Shown piece by piece: positions 12,191-25,862 of a stretch of 64,000 bases of DNA; the first letter of the stretch is position 1; every line of letters starts with the position of its first letter. The translations under genes and the position numbers were made by a program. Under the pieces are notes generated by a model. That model did not search any database and was not told where the DNA came from. It saw only the letters and a list, made by a program, of their open reading frames with translations. The DNA comes from Girardia tigrina (lineage: Eukaryota), in assembly GCA_001938485.1 (NCBI GenBank), contig MQRK01202104.1:1-64000 (forward strand), written 5' to 3'.

Positions 12191-13507
12191 CAGTAGCGCT
12201 CAAAAATAACCGGACGAAGTGAAAATTGGCTATATCTCTTGAATGGTATTAAATATATTAATGAAATTTTGCCAAAATGTGTAGCTTAACATCTTTCATA
12301 AAAAAAAGAAATCATTTAAAAAATTTTTTATAAAATCATATTAATTTTTTACACAGTTCAAAAATAATCGGACACGAACAAAAATATATTTAATTAAACA
12401 GCATTACAGAAAATGATGATGAGAATTAAAGCAAATCAGTATTTTGTTGGAAATNNNNNNNNNNNNNNNNNNNNNNNNNNNNNNNNNNNNNNNNNNNNNN
12501 NNNNNNNNNNNNNNNNNNNNNNNNNNNNNNNNNNNNNNNNNNNNNNNNNNNNNNNNNNNNNNNNNNNNNNNNNNNNNNNNNNNNNNNNNNNNNNNNNNNN
12601 NNNNNNNNNNNNNNNNNNNNNNNNNNNNNNNNNNNNNNNNNNNNNNNNNNNNNNNNNNNNNNNNNNNNNNNNNNNNNNNNNNNNNNNNNNNNNNNNNNNN
12701 NNNNNNNNNNNNNNNNNNNNNNNNNNNNNNNNNNNNNNNNNNNNNNNNNNNNNNNNNNNNNNNNNNNNNNNNNNNNNNNNNNNNNNNNNNNNNNNNNNNN
12801 NNNNNNNNNNNNNNNNNNNNNNNNNNNNNNNNNNNNNNNNNNNNNNNNNNNNNNNNNNNNNNNNNNNNNNNNNNNNNNNNNNNNNNNNNNNNNNNNNNNN
12901 NNNNNNNNNNNNNNNNNNNNNNNNNNNNNNNNNNNNNNNNNNNNNNNNNNNNNNNNNNNNNNNNNNNNNNNNNNNNNNNNNNNNNNNNNNNNNNNNNNNN
13001 NNNNNNNNNNNNNNNNNNNNNNNNNNNNNNNNNNNNNNNNNNNNNNNNNNNNNNNNNNNNNNNNNNNNNNNNNNNNNNNNNNNNNNNNNNNNNNNNNNNN
13101 NNNNNNNNNNNNNNNNNNNNNNNNNNNNNNNNNNNNNNNNNNNNNNNNNNNNNNNNNNNNNNNNNNNNNNNNNNNNNNNNNNNNNNNNNNNNNNNNNNNN
13201 NNNNNNNNNNNNNNNNNNNNNNNNNNNNNNNNNNNNNNNNNNNNNNNNNNNNNNNNNNNNNNNNNNNNNNNNNNNNNNNNNNNNNNNNNNNNNNNNNNNN
13301 NNNNNNNNNNNNNNNNNNNNNNNNNNNNNNNNNNNNNNNNNNNNNNNNNNNNNNNNNNNNNNNNNNNNNNNNNNNNNNNNNNNNNNNNNNNNNAAAGATA
13401 TCAAACTGTTAAGCTACACATTTTGGCAAAATTTCATTAATATATTTAATACCATTCAAGAGATATAGCCAATTTTCACTTCGTCCGGTTATTTTTGAGC
13501 GCTACTG
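12191..13507. mobile_element. Tc1-like element with perfect 101-bp or longer TIRs; interior mostly an assembly gap
   Basis: TA|CAGTAGCGCTC...GAGCGCTACTG|TA; 12191-12291 is the exact reverse complement of 13407-13507; inner direct repeat at 12359-12373. Confidence 0.9.
12455..13393. other. Assembly gap (others at 240-305, 46737-46880, 56725-56774)
   Basis: N runs. Confidence 1.
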
Positions 13508-14009
13508 TATTAAAGTAATATATTTATGCAATCGTTGTGTAATTTCTAAATCATTACAATACTTTCAATATAGTTGAAGAAGATGGCGTTTGCACATTTA
13601 TTTTAGGATCATAAGATTTTATCATAAATGCTTCACATGTCATCCTCTCCCAGTAATCATTAAATTAGGATGACAAAATGTTAAAAAAATTTATATCAAC
13701 TTTACGATTTAAGCAATTGTTTATCTCGATCTATATTACTAACACTTTCCTTTTGATTATGTTTCTAAAAATATTTGTTTGGATGACGACAAGTCTTTCC
13801 AATGAATTTGGCATTACACTTATTAAATTTATACTGATAAATTAAATTAAAATATAATTCAGTTGGATTAAAATATATATACTGCTGACCAAATTCATTA
13901 TTTTACAAGGTCTACATATGATTTTAAAATTTAAATTGAAAAAATTAATTAATTTACATTTCAAAACTGAGTTTGTTTAATTTTTTGAATCATTCATAGC
14001 GTGAAACAT

Positions 14010-14960
14010 AATATTTATTACGGACTATGCAACGAAGGTTAAGATGTTACAGCAACTATGTGGTTTGAAATAAAATAAGCTGTTAAAGATGATGGAATAT
14101 GATGTGGCTTTTACAGAGATTGATGTTTTGATGGTGTCACCAATTCAGGGTTCCAAGACTTTGATAAATAATTTCCCTTAGCACCAATGACAGTTTTTAA
14201 CACCATTTTAGAAGTATTTTACCAGAAGAATAAGGATGGGTATATGAGACTTATTGCTTATAGTTCACATACCACAAATAATCAAAAAAACCACTTAAGA
14301 CAAAAATGGATTCTAGTAAAGACAGAAAATTTACGATTGAAGATGGCATAATAAGGACAAACAGGAAGAAAATTTGGATACAGAAGTCGAAAAGAGAAGA
14401 AATTATCAAAAAATACATGCCTTGCAAGTACACCTTGGCGCAGAGAAAGTAACGAAAAAATAGCAGAAAATATGGAATGATCAACTAGAATGAGATGATA
14501 AAATAATTAGACATTGTGGAACATATCAGGGAAGTAAAGCATAGCTACAAAAGAATAACGACTATTGCTAGTCGCATAAAAACAATTTGATTAACTATAT
14601 ATAGATATGGGCGAACAAATAAAGGAGATTTTGAGAAAGAAAAGGTATATTGTGGAAAATTATTGGTCAGTTTAGTAAGCACATCTCATTGACATATATT
14701 TGAAAGCTGGAAGAAATAACGGATTGCCGGAAGATGTTTTAATCTAAAAATATTAAAGACGTGGCAGCATCAATGAATATAAAAATGTGTTACTCGAGCC
14801 AATACCAGCAAAACTCTAATAGTGCAGAGGTAATTCAGGACTATAAGACTGGGAAAACCTTTTACAAGAGATAATTTACACTGAACATTCCAGAATATAA
14901 ATGCGACATGAAAATGGCAAAATCTTGGAAAGAAATGTGTAAAGACTGAGGAAGTTCTTA
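14010..14960 (+). pseudogene. Decayed Gypsy RNase H/integrase remnant
   Basis: Fragments FITDY, KKIHALQVHLGAEKV (HHCC-type) and a YQQNSNSAE motif (like PYHPQSNG.AE); many disruptions. Confidence 0.6.
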
Positions 14961-15501
14961 AAAACATTCTTCAAAAATATTATGAGTTAGTTAATTTTCC
15001 TTTCGCTTGTCGAATTTTAAAAATTCAAATAAATTTAGAAAGGATTAAATCATGTCGCATTTGTCTCTTGTAAAAGGTCTTCCCAGTCTGCCTTTGTATT
15101 TTCTCGCAGCAACGCGTTTAGATAAAAAGAATTAAATATTCAAATTTCATGTTCAGTAAACGATTTTCAAATTGAAAAGTTTAAAATCAAAGTAGAATAC
15201 AATTTTCTAATTATTTTTATTTGAAAATAAAATATTAGAGGTATAAATTAAATATTGTATTGATTAGAGTTCGAAGATAAACAAATTATATTTTAAAAAT
15301 TATAAAATCTTTTTGATATTTAAAAAAACAAAAAGATTGTATAAATAATTGAGATCAGAAAAATGATTAATAAATTAGGAAAAGAAGAAAATTTGTTCGA
15401 ATTTCGCTAATAATACTTGTTTGCTTATCCTTTAATTACAATTCTTCGTCGACAAATACAGATAAAAAATTAATTTTTTAAAATTAAAAGAATAATTTTA
15501 C

Positions 15502-15894
15502 AATTTGGGCGCGGTCTCGTTGATTTGAATCTGGAGGACTCTTCTTTGCTTCATAAACCAAATTATATGCAGCATTGACGGCTTTAAGACAATTATAAAT
15601 TATTTGTAATTGTGAATCTTTTTCTAGTTCTTTAATATTATCAAAAGCCTCCTGATTATCAAATTCAATTGTCGCAGCTACACCTCGAGCTGCTTGAACT
15701 AATCTATCAAGATTGGATGATAATTCTTTTGCTTTTCGGCCGGCTGAGTCAAGATTTTCTAGATTTAAAAATATATCTTCTCCGGGATTCTGTTCATACA
15801 CCATACATCGATTTTCCAGATCGCTTTTAAACTGATTAGCTGCTGATCCACTTTGTCTGATACTTTTAATTAATAACGCAGCAGACTCATCACT
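15502..15894 (-). CDS. TLN: Talin exon 16 (R5)
   Basis: SDESAALLIKS...LDRLVQAARGVAA...LVYEAKKSPPDSNQRDRAQI; CAG/GT; 393 nt. Confidence 0.92.
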
Positions 15895-16759
15895 CTGAAA
15901 TTATATTTATGTAAGTTAAATAATTTTAAAGTAATCATAAATTTAAAAAGATTGAAAATAAATTTATTAAATAGGTCTCTTTCAAATGTTTTCAATGATA
16001 AAAGAGATTTAAAAACATATAAATACAACTAAAAGACTTTAAAACAATATGAGAGATTGAAAGAATTTCTTCTTAGAATATTTAGACATCAATTTATTAA
16101 AAATTCATTCCTAGATACTTTTTGGTGACTTTTTAATTGCTTATATTCTATAAAATTTGTAATTCTTATCGAATATATTTTTAATGTCGTAATAACACCA
16201 TAAATGTGTTCTATTATTTTCTCCATTAATTTGCTGTGAATAAATTTGAACAAATCATTAAATGTCTGTGCGTAGCCTTCTACTACGAATGTTCTTAAAA
16301 AATCGTAGTCCTTTTGTAAATTTTATTTGTGTTTCAATAACGTTTCTTATTTGTACAAAAGAGCATTAAAAAATGCTTTAGATCTAAACATAAAAAATAG
16401 ACAGAATATCGGAATTATTGATGACCTACATCATCAACTTGTATATCCACTACCCCAATATGATTTATTAATTTTGATTTTACCCCTTATACAAGTTGTA
16501 TATCAAGTAACAATGTTTTCTTTCAAGTTTAATGTTTAATTATGGTAAATATTTTTTAAGACTTCATTTTCGAAAATCGAAATTATTTCAAATTTCATTC
16601 ATCGTCATTACCCAGAAAATTTGACATTTATCCTACTTGGAGTTATTTACTGATTTAAATGTTATAACAAAAGTTAATATAATAATTATAAATAATTACC
16701 ACTGAAATTATATTGTATGACATTAAATAATAATTATTGATGATGAATGGCTCGATTTT

Positions 16760-17150
16760 TAATCGCGTTTTTCTCTATGCTACAGGGGAATTCTAAAGAT
16801 CACGTTGAAAAAAAGAAGACCGACGACTTTGTATGAAGGAGAGTAGCAGCAATATTAGGTAAAAAACGGAATCAATAGAAAAGACCATCAAGATAAGGAA
16901 GCTCGAATTCTATGGATATCAGATAAGAAAACAAGCTCTAGCCAAAGTTATGATTGAAGGAAGGGTGGAAAGAGGAAATAACAAGAGGAAAACCAAAGAC
17001 AATGAACAGACGACTTAAAAGAATGGAGTGGATTGAACATGGAATGTCTGAGAAGAGAGGCTGCAAATAGAGAGATGTGGCGAAGGCTTGTGAATAATTG
17101 GGTCCACCCATGGTCTAACTGCTAGGGTCCAAAAGAAGAAAGAAGAAGAT
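16760..17150 (+). mobile_element. RTE-clade LINE 3' end
   Basis: RKLEFYGYQIRK...VMIEGRVE...TDDLKEWSG...AANREMWRRLV, followed by an AAG-repeat tail. Confidence 0.8.
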
Positions 17151-17151
17151 T

Positions 17152-17630
17152 CCATCTTTGATAACGATATATTCCAAGAATTTCGTCTTTTCGAGAAAGT
17201 AGCATTTCTTCGGATTTATACTTAAGGCTTTGCCATCTCAAAAATTTGTTCGACTCGCGTGAGGTGTTCTTCTTTATCTTTTGCAAAAATACGGACATCG
17301 TCCAGGTACACCACTGACTCTTTGCAGTTAGTGGGCCTCCCATCTCTTTCAATGGTATTGAGCCGAAGTATTTTTGGAGGGTCCACCCAAACTAAAGTCC
17401 AGTTTAAATTTCCCAACACTTTTACCATTAGTTTTTGGAACTTCGATGGTGCGGCTACTATTCCAAACGGTATTCTTTTGAAACAATATTGGCCGTTCTT
17501 TGTTGAAAATTCTGTTTTTTTATTCGTTCTCAAACTCCGCTTGATGATATGCGCTTCCTGAATCAATCGTACTAAAGTATTTTGATCCATTTAGTGTATT
17601 TAGCATTTCCTCTCCATTTGGAAAACTATT
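17152..17630 (-). pseudogene. Gypsy reverse transcriptase fragment
   Basis: KTEFSTKNGQYCFKRIPFGIVAAPSKFQKLM...VVYLDDVRIF...EEHL; closely related to 36945-37174. Confidence 0.88.
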
Positions 17631-17899
17631 ACTTTACTAGAAATATACCCGTCATATAAGACGGTTGAGCTGAATTTTCGACTTTGAAAGTTTCAATTTT
17701 AATTTTTAAATCGTAATTATTATAATTTATTATTTATTGTTTCGACTTCTGTGTTGATTTAACAGTCAGTCAGTTAAATCGGCTCCCGGAGTCTTTCGGC
17801 AAAGGAGCTGTACAGACAGAACCGTCTTGATGCGGACTATGCAGAGTTATGTCAATTTTATGCGGATTCAATTACTGTTCCTCCACTATTTTGTATTTT

Positions 17900-18109
17900 G
17901 GGGCTGTCCGTAAATGATGTCACGCAATTTAAGCAGATTTCCAACCCCTTCTTTCCCTCGTCAAATTTCGTCACAGAATACTTTCTCTAAATACTTCAGC
18001 ATTTCGATTTGACGGCACATTTCCGAAACCACTCCCCTCAAGTAACAATTTGGTCACTAAATTCTGTCCCCCTCCCCCTTACTACGTGATGTCTTTTATG
18101 GACAGCTTC
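17900..18109. mobile_element. PIF/Harbinger (Tourist-like) MITE nested in the Helitron
   Basis: GGGGCTGTCCGTAAATGATGTCACG ... CGTGATGTCTTTTATGGACAGCTTC TIRs with 3-bp TTT flanks; absent from the sister Helitron copies. Confidence 0.7.
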
Positions 18110-18684
18110 TTTATCAGCATATATATGATAATAGTAAAATTTGAATCAGATGATAAAGAAATTTTGCAAATTTACCTAAATTGATTTTTAGAAATATAAT
18201 TAGTAAATAAGTGATAAAAATGGTCATTTATCAAATATATTAGTATTTTATTGATATTTTCATAAAAATTTTCACGAAATTACGTGTAGGAATCGTCAAA
18301 ATCGTAATTATCGTCAAAAATCAGTGCTAATTTAACCATTTAACGACTTGTACAGTTTTCAGTCGATTTCCTGGGCGTCCGTGTGTCTTTCGGCGAAGGT
18401 GCTGTACCGACAAAATTGTATTGATGTGGGCTATCCAGATTGACTACATTCTTAGATGGATTCACTCCAGTTACTCCGCAATTTTGCATTTTATTTGTTG
18501 ATATTATTTCTTAATAACAAAAATTTGTAATTTCTACAAAATCGATTTTTAGCAAAATAAGTAATAAAAATGGTCATTTATCAAATAAATTAGTATTTTA
18601 ATGATAATTTCATAAAAATTTTCACGAAATTCGTATAGGAATCGTTAAAATCGTCATTATTCGAAATCAGTGTTAATTTAACCA

Positions 18685-19825
18685 AGTTATGTGTCATTGA
18701 TTAATTATTAAATATTGTTTGTTTAAATAATATATAGTTTTGTACGCGATTTGGAATATAGTTTTGATTTGACTTTGAGAACGGATTTTAAAGAAATCAA
18801 AAACGTAACTGGCGACCACGCCGAAAATATCAACGCAATTACGAGAAGCCAACAAAGAAATATTTTACTTGCGTCGCTGCCGAAGAAGACTCAAGAAATT
18901 CTCAATTTCAATGTCCGTAAGTTTAACGGTAGAGATTCGCAAGAAGCGGTAAAATGGCTAAAGGATATCGAGGAATAGCTGTCATTAAATGACTTGCCTT
19001 TGGTGAGTGCATTTGATTTATTATTGTCTGAAGAAGATGGGGAATTATGGAAGGATTCAAAAACGGATGAAATGACTCAGGTGTAAGTTCGAGAATGGTT
19101 TCATGACACATTTATGATGAAGAAGTCAATCTTAGATAATTTCATGGAACTGGTGAATGTCAAGCAAGAGCCAAAAGAGAGATTTGCCACGTTTGAAATT
19201 CGGGTAAAGAAACTAATCAATAGTGTTTTAGACTCAGAGTTGAGTCGGGAACAAATTTTAAATGAGTTTTTAACGAAACGGGTGCGTAGTACCGGTCTGA
19301 GGAATTCACTGGCTCTGAAACCGGAAATGAAGAGAGAAGATATGAGGACACTGGCGAAAGTCTACGAGAACCGAGAGATCTCGGAAGATGAGAAAATGGA
19401 AGTAAGCGCTTTTAATAATAAGACAAATATCAAGCAGAAGAATTCCCAAAATTATGCGCAAGCTGTGAAATATCAACCAACAAAGCAATTTCAGCAGTCT
19501 AATTTTGGTCCCAGAAGATCAACGGATGAGAGATTCATAGATAGGGACTTTTCCAACCGGATTAGTCCTACACAATCGGTCATTTCTGAATTCCGTCAAA
19601 CGCCGGTAAGACAGCAGCCTTCGGTTTCTCTGAAAAATATAGCTCGAAAACTCTATAATAGATGTCGGGGACTACCCCCGCCGCACGAGGAGCGACTGAA
19701 ACCGGGTCAGTGTTTTTGTTGCGGGGAAAATGATCACATACGTTTTCGATGCCCATTGAAGGAAAATGTCTAATATGCGGTAAATCTGGTCATTGTTTTA
19801 AGGAATGTAGTCTTTTGCAGAACAG
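18685..19825 (+). mobile_element. Gypsy 5' fragment: short LTR (AGTTA...TAACT), PBS and gag
   Basis: LTR-like 18685-18810; PBS TGGCGACCACG from 18810; gag motifs KFNG, KQEPKE, zinc knuckle CFCCGENDHIRFRC and a second broken knuckle. Confidence 0.82.
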
Positions 19826-19975
19826 CATTTAACGACTTGTACGGTTTTCGATCGATTTCATGGGCTTCCAGGCGTCATTCAGCAAAGGTGCTACACTGAC
19901 AAAATTGTATTGATGCGGGCTATCCAGTTTGACTATGACCTTAAATGGATTCACTCTGGTTCGTCCGCAATTTCA

Positions 19976-20900
19976 CAGTGATAATTTCCTAATGTCCCAT
20001 TTAACCGCAATAATATCGTTTTATAATCCGTTAATAACTTCATTAATAGGCTATTTATTTTATATTTGTAAATTTCGTTTGTTCTTTTTAATCAATTTTT
20101 GTCAGATATGTTATCTCATATTTCTAGTACTTATTCACTGTAACTTGATTCATTTTTCAACTTTATTCAGAATTTATCTAAAATGTCCATTTTTGTGATC
20201 ATTTCAGCATCCAATTCTTTGACCAGAAAAAAATTTAATGTTTTCTGTATTTTTTCGAATTTTATTTTCAATTGAGCAATTCCATAGTTTATGAGTTCTA
20301 AGTCGTTAGCACAGTGTATTCATCTTTTAGTTTCTTTTATATTTAAATTTTTCGTATGCTTGAGTATGTCTACTTTAATAATAATTTATTTTACTTTTAT
20401 TTACTTTAATTACGTTGACTCGTGCTATCGTATTCAATAGACACCGTATTTTTCTATTATTCATTTGGAATGATACATTTTGCTTCCCTTACAATTCTTC
20501 GTATCATATTTTAAACGTTGATAGTTTCATTAAATCTGTTCCTCTTCATATTTTCCTGTGTCATACTGTCGTTCTAATTATCTAATAGAGATAATTCAGG
20601 AGTAATATTTTTAACAGCATCACATACACAGTATACATCATCATACATACAATCATACAAACCGTCAAAAAACACATACATTCGTTTCTTAGTGAAGCGC
20701 ACTTCTCCCAGTAATCGTGCCTCCTCGTTACCCTGTTCGTAACTGAAATTGATCTTGTTTGTAATATTTTCTCTTCTTGTTACTCGTTCTCTTTTATTCA
20801 ATCTTTCAGACATTTTTTCCCAATTATCATCTGCTTCTTGGTCTCTTCTATTCTTATAACCCATCCGACCTCTGTGCCTTATGTTTGTGTCAGTCTCTAA
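19976..20900 (-). pseudogene. Decayed Gypsy gag end, protease and pol linker
   Basis: QGNEEARLLGEV parallels QGNEDARSQGEV (near 39950); CLLNTIARVNVIK parallels CLLDIGAKVNVIK. Confidence 0.72.
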
Positions 20901-20909
20901 AAAAGCAAA

Positions 20910-21100
20910 TAATTCCTGGAGAATGTTAAGCATAGCTAAGCCATTCAATTTCTGCTCTAACGTGGTGTTTCTTAAGTATGTCTCGATTCTTCGTAATGTA
21001 GTAAAAAATCGTTTAGCTGTGAATGTTGTTACTGGCAAAGTTGCAAATAACTTCAAAATATTGTGAATTGTTGGATATAAATGAAAGTTAAAAATATTCA
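20910..21100 (-). pseudogene. hAT transposase C-terminal dimerisation domain fragment
   Basis: YPTIHNILKLFATLPVTTFTAKRFFTTLRRIETYLRNTTLEQKLNGLAMLNI. Confidence 0.88.
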
Positions 21101-21196
21101 AGCAATAAGATAAAATCCATTGAAAAATATTTTTACTTAATACAATACCACTTTAACATCGTCACTTCGCCAAAAAAGACTTCTTTAGTGCAACTA

Positions 21197-22400
21197 TAGG
21201 GTTGCCTCATAAGTTTTGTCGCAAAAAAAACACCAAATACAATACAATATAAAATATTTTATCAATCGTCCATGTCATGCAAATGCGAAAAGTAGTCGCC
21301 ATTGTGCTCAATACATCTCAGCCAAGGTCCAGTTAGGCTGCGTATCTCATTTTTGAAAAAAGCCACATGGTTTCTTGTCAAACCAATGTAGAAGATCTTC
21401 GTTGATATTGTTGACACCGGCATAATTCTTTCCTCTAAGTACACATTTCATTGAAGAGAATAGATAGTAATCAGATGGTGAGATATCGGGGGAGTACGGT
21501 GGATGTGGTAGTACGGTGAATCCAAGCCCATTCCGCTTGTCCTTGGTCTTAGCAGCCGTATGCGGACGAGCATTATCGTGGATATAACTGGAGCAACCGT
21601 CTGCGCCTCTGATGAACGGCGATAATGAGACGATCCAGCTGAGTACAGTAGACATCTGCATTGATTGTAGCATGTGGAGGTAAGATATCTAACAAGAGCA
21701 GTCCTTTACTGTCCCAAAAGACGGAGGCGAGATGCTTTCGGTTTTTCAGTCTTCGTGCCAGTGTTGCAATTGGGTTTTTATCCGATTTTCCCCATGATCC
21801 AGTACACCCATGTCTCATCGCAGGTGATGATTTTGGACAGGAAATCATTCCGGTGATAACTATCCTATAGCTGTTGACAAATTCTTTTGTGATTATCCTT
21901 GTTCTGTTGCGTCAGAGCGTGTGGCACCCAGCAATTTTCCAGGTATCGGTATCCAATTACATTCAAGTCCCGGCACACCGTGGTTTTATTCTGATCAATT
22001 CCCTCTGCAATGTTCTTCATTGTTACACGCATGTTTTCAGTTAGAAACTCGATTATGTTCTCGTCTATGTCAAGAGAGGACCGCCCTTCGCGGACTTGAT
22101 CGTCTATGTTAAAGTTGTTTTCACGAAAATTGGAAATCCACCTTTCACATGTTCTCTTTGACACTGTTCCAACTCCAAGGGTCGTGTTAATTTCATCAGC
22201 CATCTGTGAGGGTGTTAAATCCATTTTCCAGCAATAGTAAATTAATTTACGAATATCAGAGCGATTAAAATCCATTAGGATGATGAAAATGTGCGAAATT
22301 TACGAAAATGCTATTATTTTATTGAAACAAAAATTAATTTAGAACAGAAAATAAAAATTATTGGACATAAGTAGATCGCAAATGCTATTTTATCTAATTC
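21197..22400 (-). mobile_element. Mariner (DD34D) element, frameshifted, 5' TIR missing
   Basis: TA|TAGGGTTGCCTCATAAG TIR; WVPHALT, ITCDETW, VFWDSKG, HDNARPH, HPPYSPDISPSDYYLF. Confidence 0.92.
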
Positions 22401-23511
22401 ACATTTTATTAGGGATTGCAAATATACATTTCAGGGGGGGATTTTCTTAAAATTGCAAAAAATTATTTTTTATGGGGTTCACATTTTAACTTATTCTTAT
22501 TAATATGCAGTTAAAAATCTGACAGGTAATTAAGATCATGATTAAAATTTTTCGTACGGGGGGGGGGATTTATCCCATAATACCCCTATGCATACGAGCC
22601 TGCATATATATAAATAAAATTTATAAAAAAAAGCTGAATCATTAAAAATGATTTTTAAATAATTTATCTTCAAACTACAAAATACCTTTCTGACTTTAGA
22701 ATCTGTTCATAAATGGTTGTTCATATGATATCATTAATGACATTTACATAACACGAAATAATATTGAATGAACTAATTCAACATCATATTTCTATTCTTT
22801 TATTTTAGAATTTATATTGAGATTTTTATTCATATGATATTTACATATAAAGAATAATAATGAAAATTTAGAAAAAAATAATTATTTGCTAAATCAATAA
22901 AGCAACAAGGATAAGCGATGTGAAATAAAACACCCAAAAATCAATCAAAGTTGGTGCTAAAAAATGATTACCAATCTACCTCAATGTGAATCTGGAAATC
23001 ATTTAGAACAATAATTAACATAGAAAGGTTACAACAATTTAAAAATATATAAAAACTAAATATTCTAAAACAGACATCATTCTTCACAACATGAAAGTCA
23101 CTGTGTCTGTAAAACACTAAACCTACCTTTGTATATTTGTCATTATTCCATTCTGGAGTATGACAAGATGATGCCAATGATGATTTAATCAATTTCTTGT
23201 AAAATGATGTAAAGTTTATGATTTAATAAACTATACAGAATAATATATATTATAATTTATAAATAAACAATAAACGATTTTACATACTATTTGATAAGAT
23301 TTAATTCTATCAGTAAAATAAAAGTAAGGAAATGACCTAGCATACACATAAGACAAAAAATAAGTATATGTTATAGAACTATAGTTATTACATTATGAAA
23401 CTTACAGGATTTAAAAACCTTATCAAATTAAGTAACCAAATGATTTTACAAACATGAAAAAATATTAATTCTACATCTTTTAAGATATTTTTCATTTATG
23501 AAGAAATTTTC

Positions 23512-24209
23512 GTAACACCAAAATTTGCCGAAAAGACATTGTAAAAATTAACAAATTAAAATTTCACTCAATTGAATTACATTCAATTAATTATGTACAT
23601 TTTGCCAAACGATATTTTACCGAAAGACATTTTGAAGTATTACAAATAAATTTTATATTTTCATTAAAAAATTTGGTAAAATACTTCATATAAGTTTATG
23701 TAAAATAATTTTTAACTGTAAAATTTTTATAAAAAATTATTTGTTAAAGGAAAAAATTGTTAATGTTAAAATTTGAAAATATGTGACAATCATAATAAAA
23801 AATAATTAATGTTTAAAAATATGTGAAAAATTAATAAATAGACAATTTTTGAATTGTCGTTTGTAAAAATTACTTAGGAAAGACTTACAGAGATTTTGAT
23901 AAACGTATTGAGACAACAGTGAACGATTATAATAATCGTAATTAATTTAGATGTTTAATAGTTTGGATTTTGTAACATGTTACTATTTGAATGTAGTTAA
24001 ATGGAAAAAATTATGTCCATGAAATATTGTGTATAATTTGTCTAATCGTTCAGAAAAAAAATTCTTTTAGCAAAATGTATATAATTGATTTAATGTAATT
24101 CAAAAGAATAACATTTTCATTTTTTATTTTTTATATTGTCTTTTCGCCAAAATATCCTTTGGCAAGATGTCATTAGTCAAAATGCCTTTCAGCAAATTCG
24201 GGTGTAAAC
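23512..24209. mobile_element. MULE-like MITE
   Basis: About 30-bp imperfect TIRs, repeated GAAAGACATTTT-like subterminal units, and near-matching 9-bp flanks (AGAAATTTT / AGAAAATTG). Confidence 0.5.
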
Positions 24210-25862
24210 AGAAAATTGTGATATCACAACGAAATGAGAAAGTACTTTAATTTGGTCACATAAAAACTTGATTGGAAAAGTTGGAAATTCGTATAAAAGG
24301 TAGCGCAAAATTTAGACATATTTTTGTGCATTTTTTACAATGAAAAATAACACGACTACAATATAACGATCTATCAAAAAACTTTGTCATTAAAACGATA
24401 TAATTATGGTTTCTTTCTCGGGATTACGAAATTATGGCTACGTGGTTTCAGGAAATCTTGACAAAAAAATCTTGACAAATCAGTAGTTCACTAAATTTTA
24501 AATATTTGTTCCTTAAAAATAATTTAAGATACATTTATATTTTTAATATCTTCATTACTATCGATATTAATCTCATAATGGCATACATCCATAAATCACG
24601 TACTTTTTAGTTAATCTTTACAAAATTTAGATTAAAGCAATGTATCAGACTTTTATAATCTTAATCTTCCTAATCTTAATTTCTAATCTTCCTTCTTTGT
24701 CTCGTGCGTGGAGATTCTATTCAACATTTGGTTAAGTTTTAAAAGGATGTGACATATATCTGGTACGTTAGGTTAATATACAATTTTAATTGTTTTAGGT
24801 TTAAAAAGCTAGTGTACCTAACTATAGTTTCATAAGCACATAGCCTAAGGTGCGTCTGGAGATAAAATAAACCAGATTACAAATTCGTGTATGACCAAAG
24901 TCTTTTAGAATTATCTTCGCCAGTTTAATATATCTCGAATTCAAGAAACAATATAATGTATTTCTGAAATTAATTTCCATTTTTGAAAAAACATTTTAAA
25001 CTTAAATTTTGAAAATAAAATTTTTAGGAAAATTGTTTTAAAAAGTTTTTTATCGATATCAATGTAAAAATTCATTTAAAATGGCTTAATATATAGTGTA
25101 ATCTGAGAAATATCTAATAAATAACATGTATTAAAACTAAGAATTACTTTAGTACTTCGAGTATAGTTTAATAAAACTTATCTATTTCAATACTTGATCA
25201 TTATACATATGCCAGACGTAATAAAATAATATAGTTCGTATCAAAAAGGCCTTCCATGTTTAAACAAACTCAAAAAGAGTGGAGTATAACCAGGTTATTC
25301 TTTCCATCCATTTAATTTCAATGTACAAAAGCATCAATTTAATATTACCAATAGTAATATTTTAATTATTTTTTTCATGAAAACTCATATTCCTCTCAGA
25401 AACAGAAAAATATTCTTTTTTAATTTGATAACAATACGAGTTTTGTTTTGTAAAATTACCATACATCACAAAATGAAAAACAAATAATGGTAGATTTTAG
25501 AAAATCGTCCATCACGTCAAGACATGTTGTAGATCGTATCTCACTTCAAAGATTCAACAATCGAATTCATGATCATTTTGATAATGAATATCTAACATCA
25601 AAATTAATACATTAAAATAATTAAACATCTGATAGTTATGAATTGAAGTCGATAAGAAACAACTGTTTTTAGACTAAATTTCTAACAAAATTAGCATACC
25701 AGAAATAGATCAAATGTGCCTAAAATTTTTTCTCACTATTATACAACATGTAATTAAATACATATTTTTAGTCTGTAACTGCATTCGATTTTTGTAACAA
25801 AAATGATTTTTAAACGCAAAAGAAAATTAATTGGATTAAACTATTTAATACTAGCACATTAC

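Larger units (their letters stand above)
17637..19975 (-). mobile_element. Non-autonomous Helitron with internal tandem units, carrying two nested inserts
   Basis: 3' hairpin CCGTCATATAAGACGG (17649-17664) and CTAG|T on the minus strand; same family at 43986 and 60944. Confidence 0.75.

Noticed and set aside
12413-13468. Long ORFs in the track (also 46654-46973 and 56607-56948)
   Set aside because: Artefacts of N runs and (TA)n repeats.
20574-21101. 175-aa ORF as a novel hAT-gag fusion gene
   Set aside because: It is a chance in-frame junction of two decayed fragments. The hAT motif is degenerate and there is no sign of splicing or a promoter.
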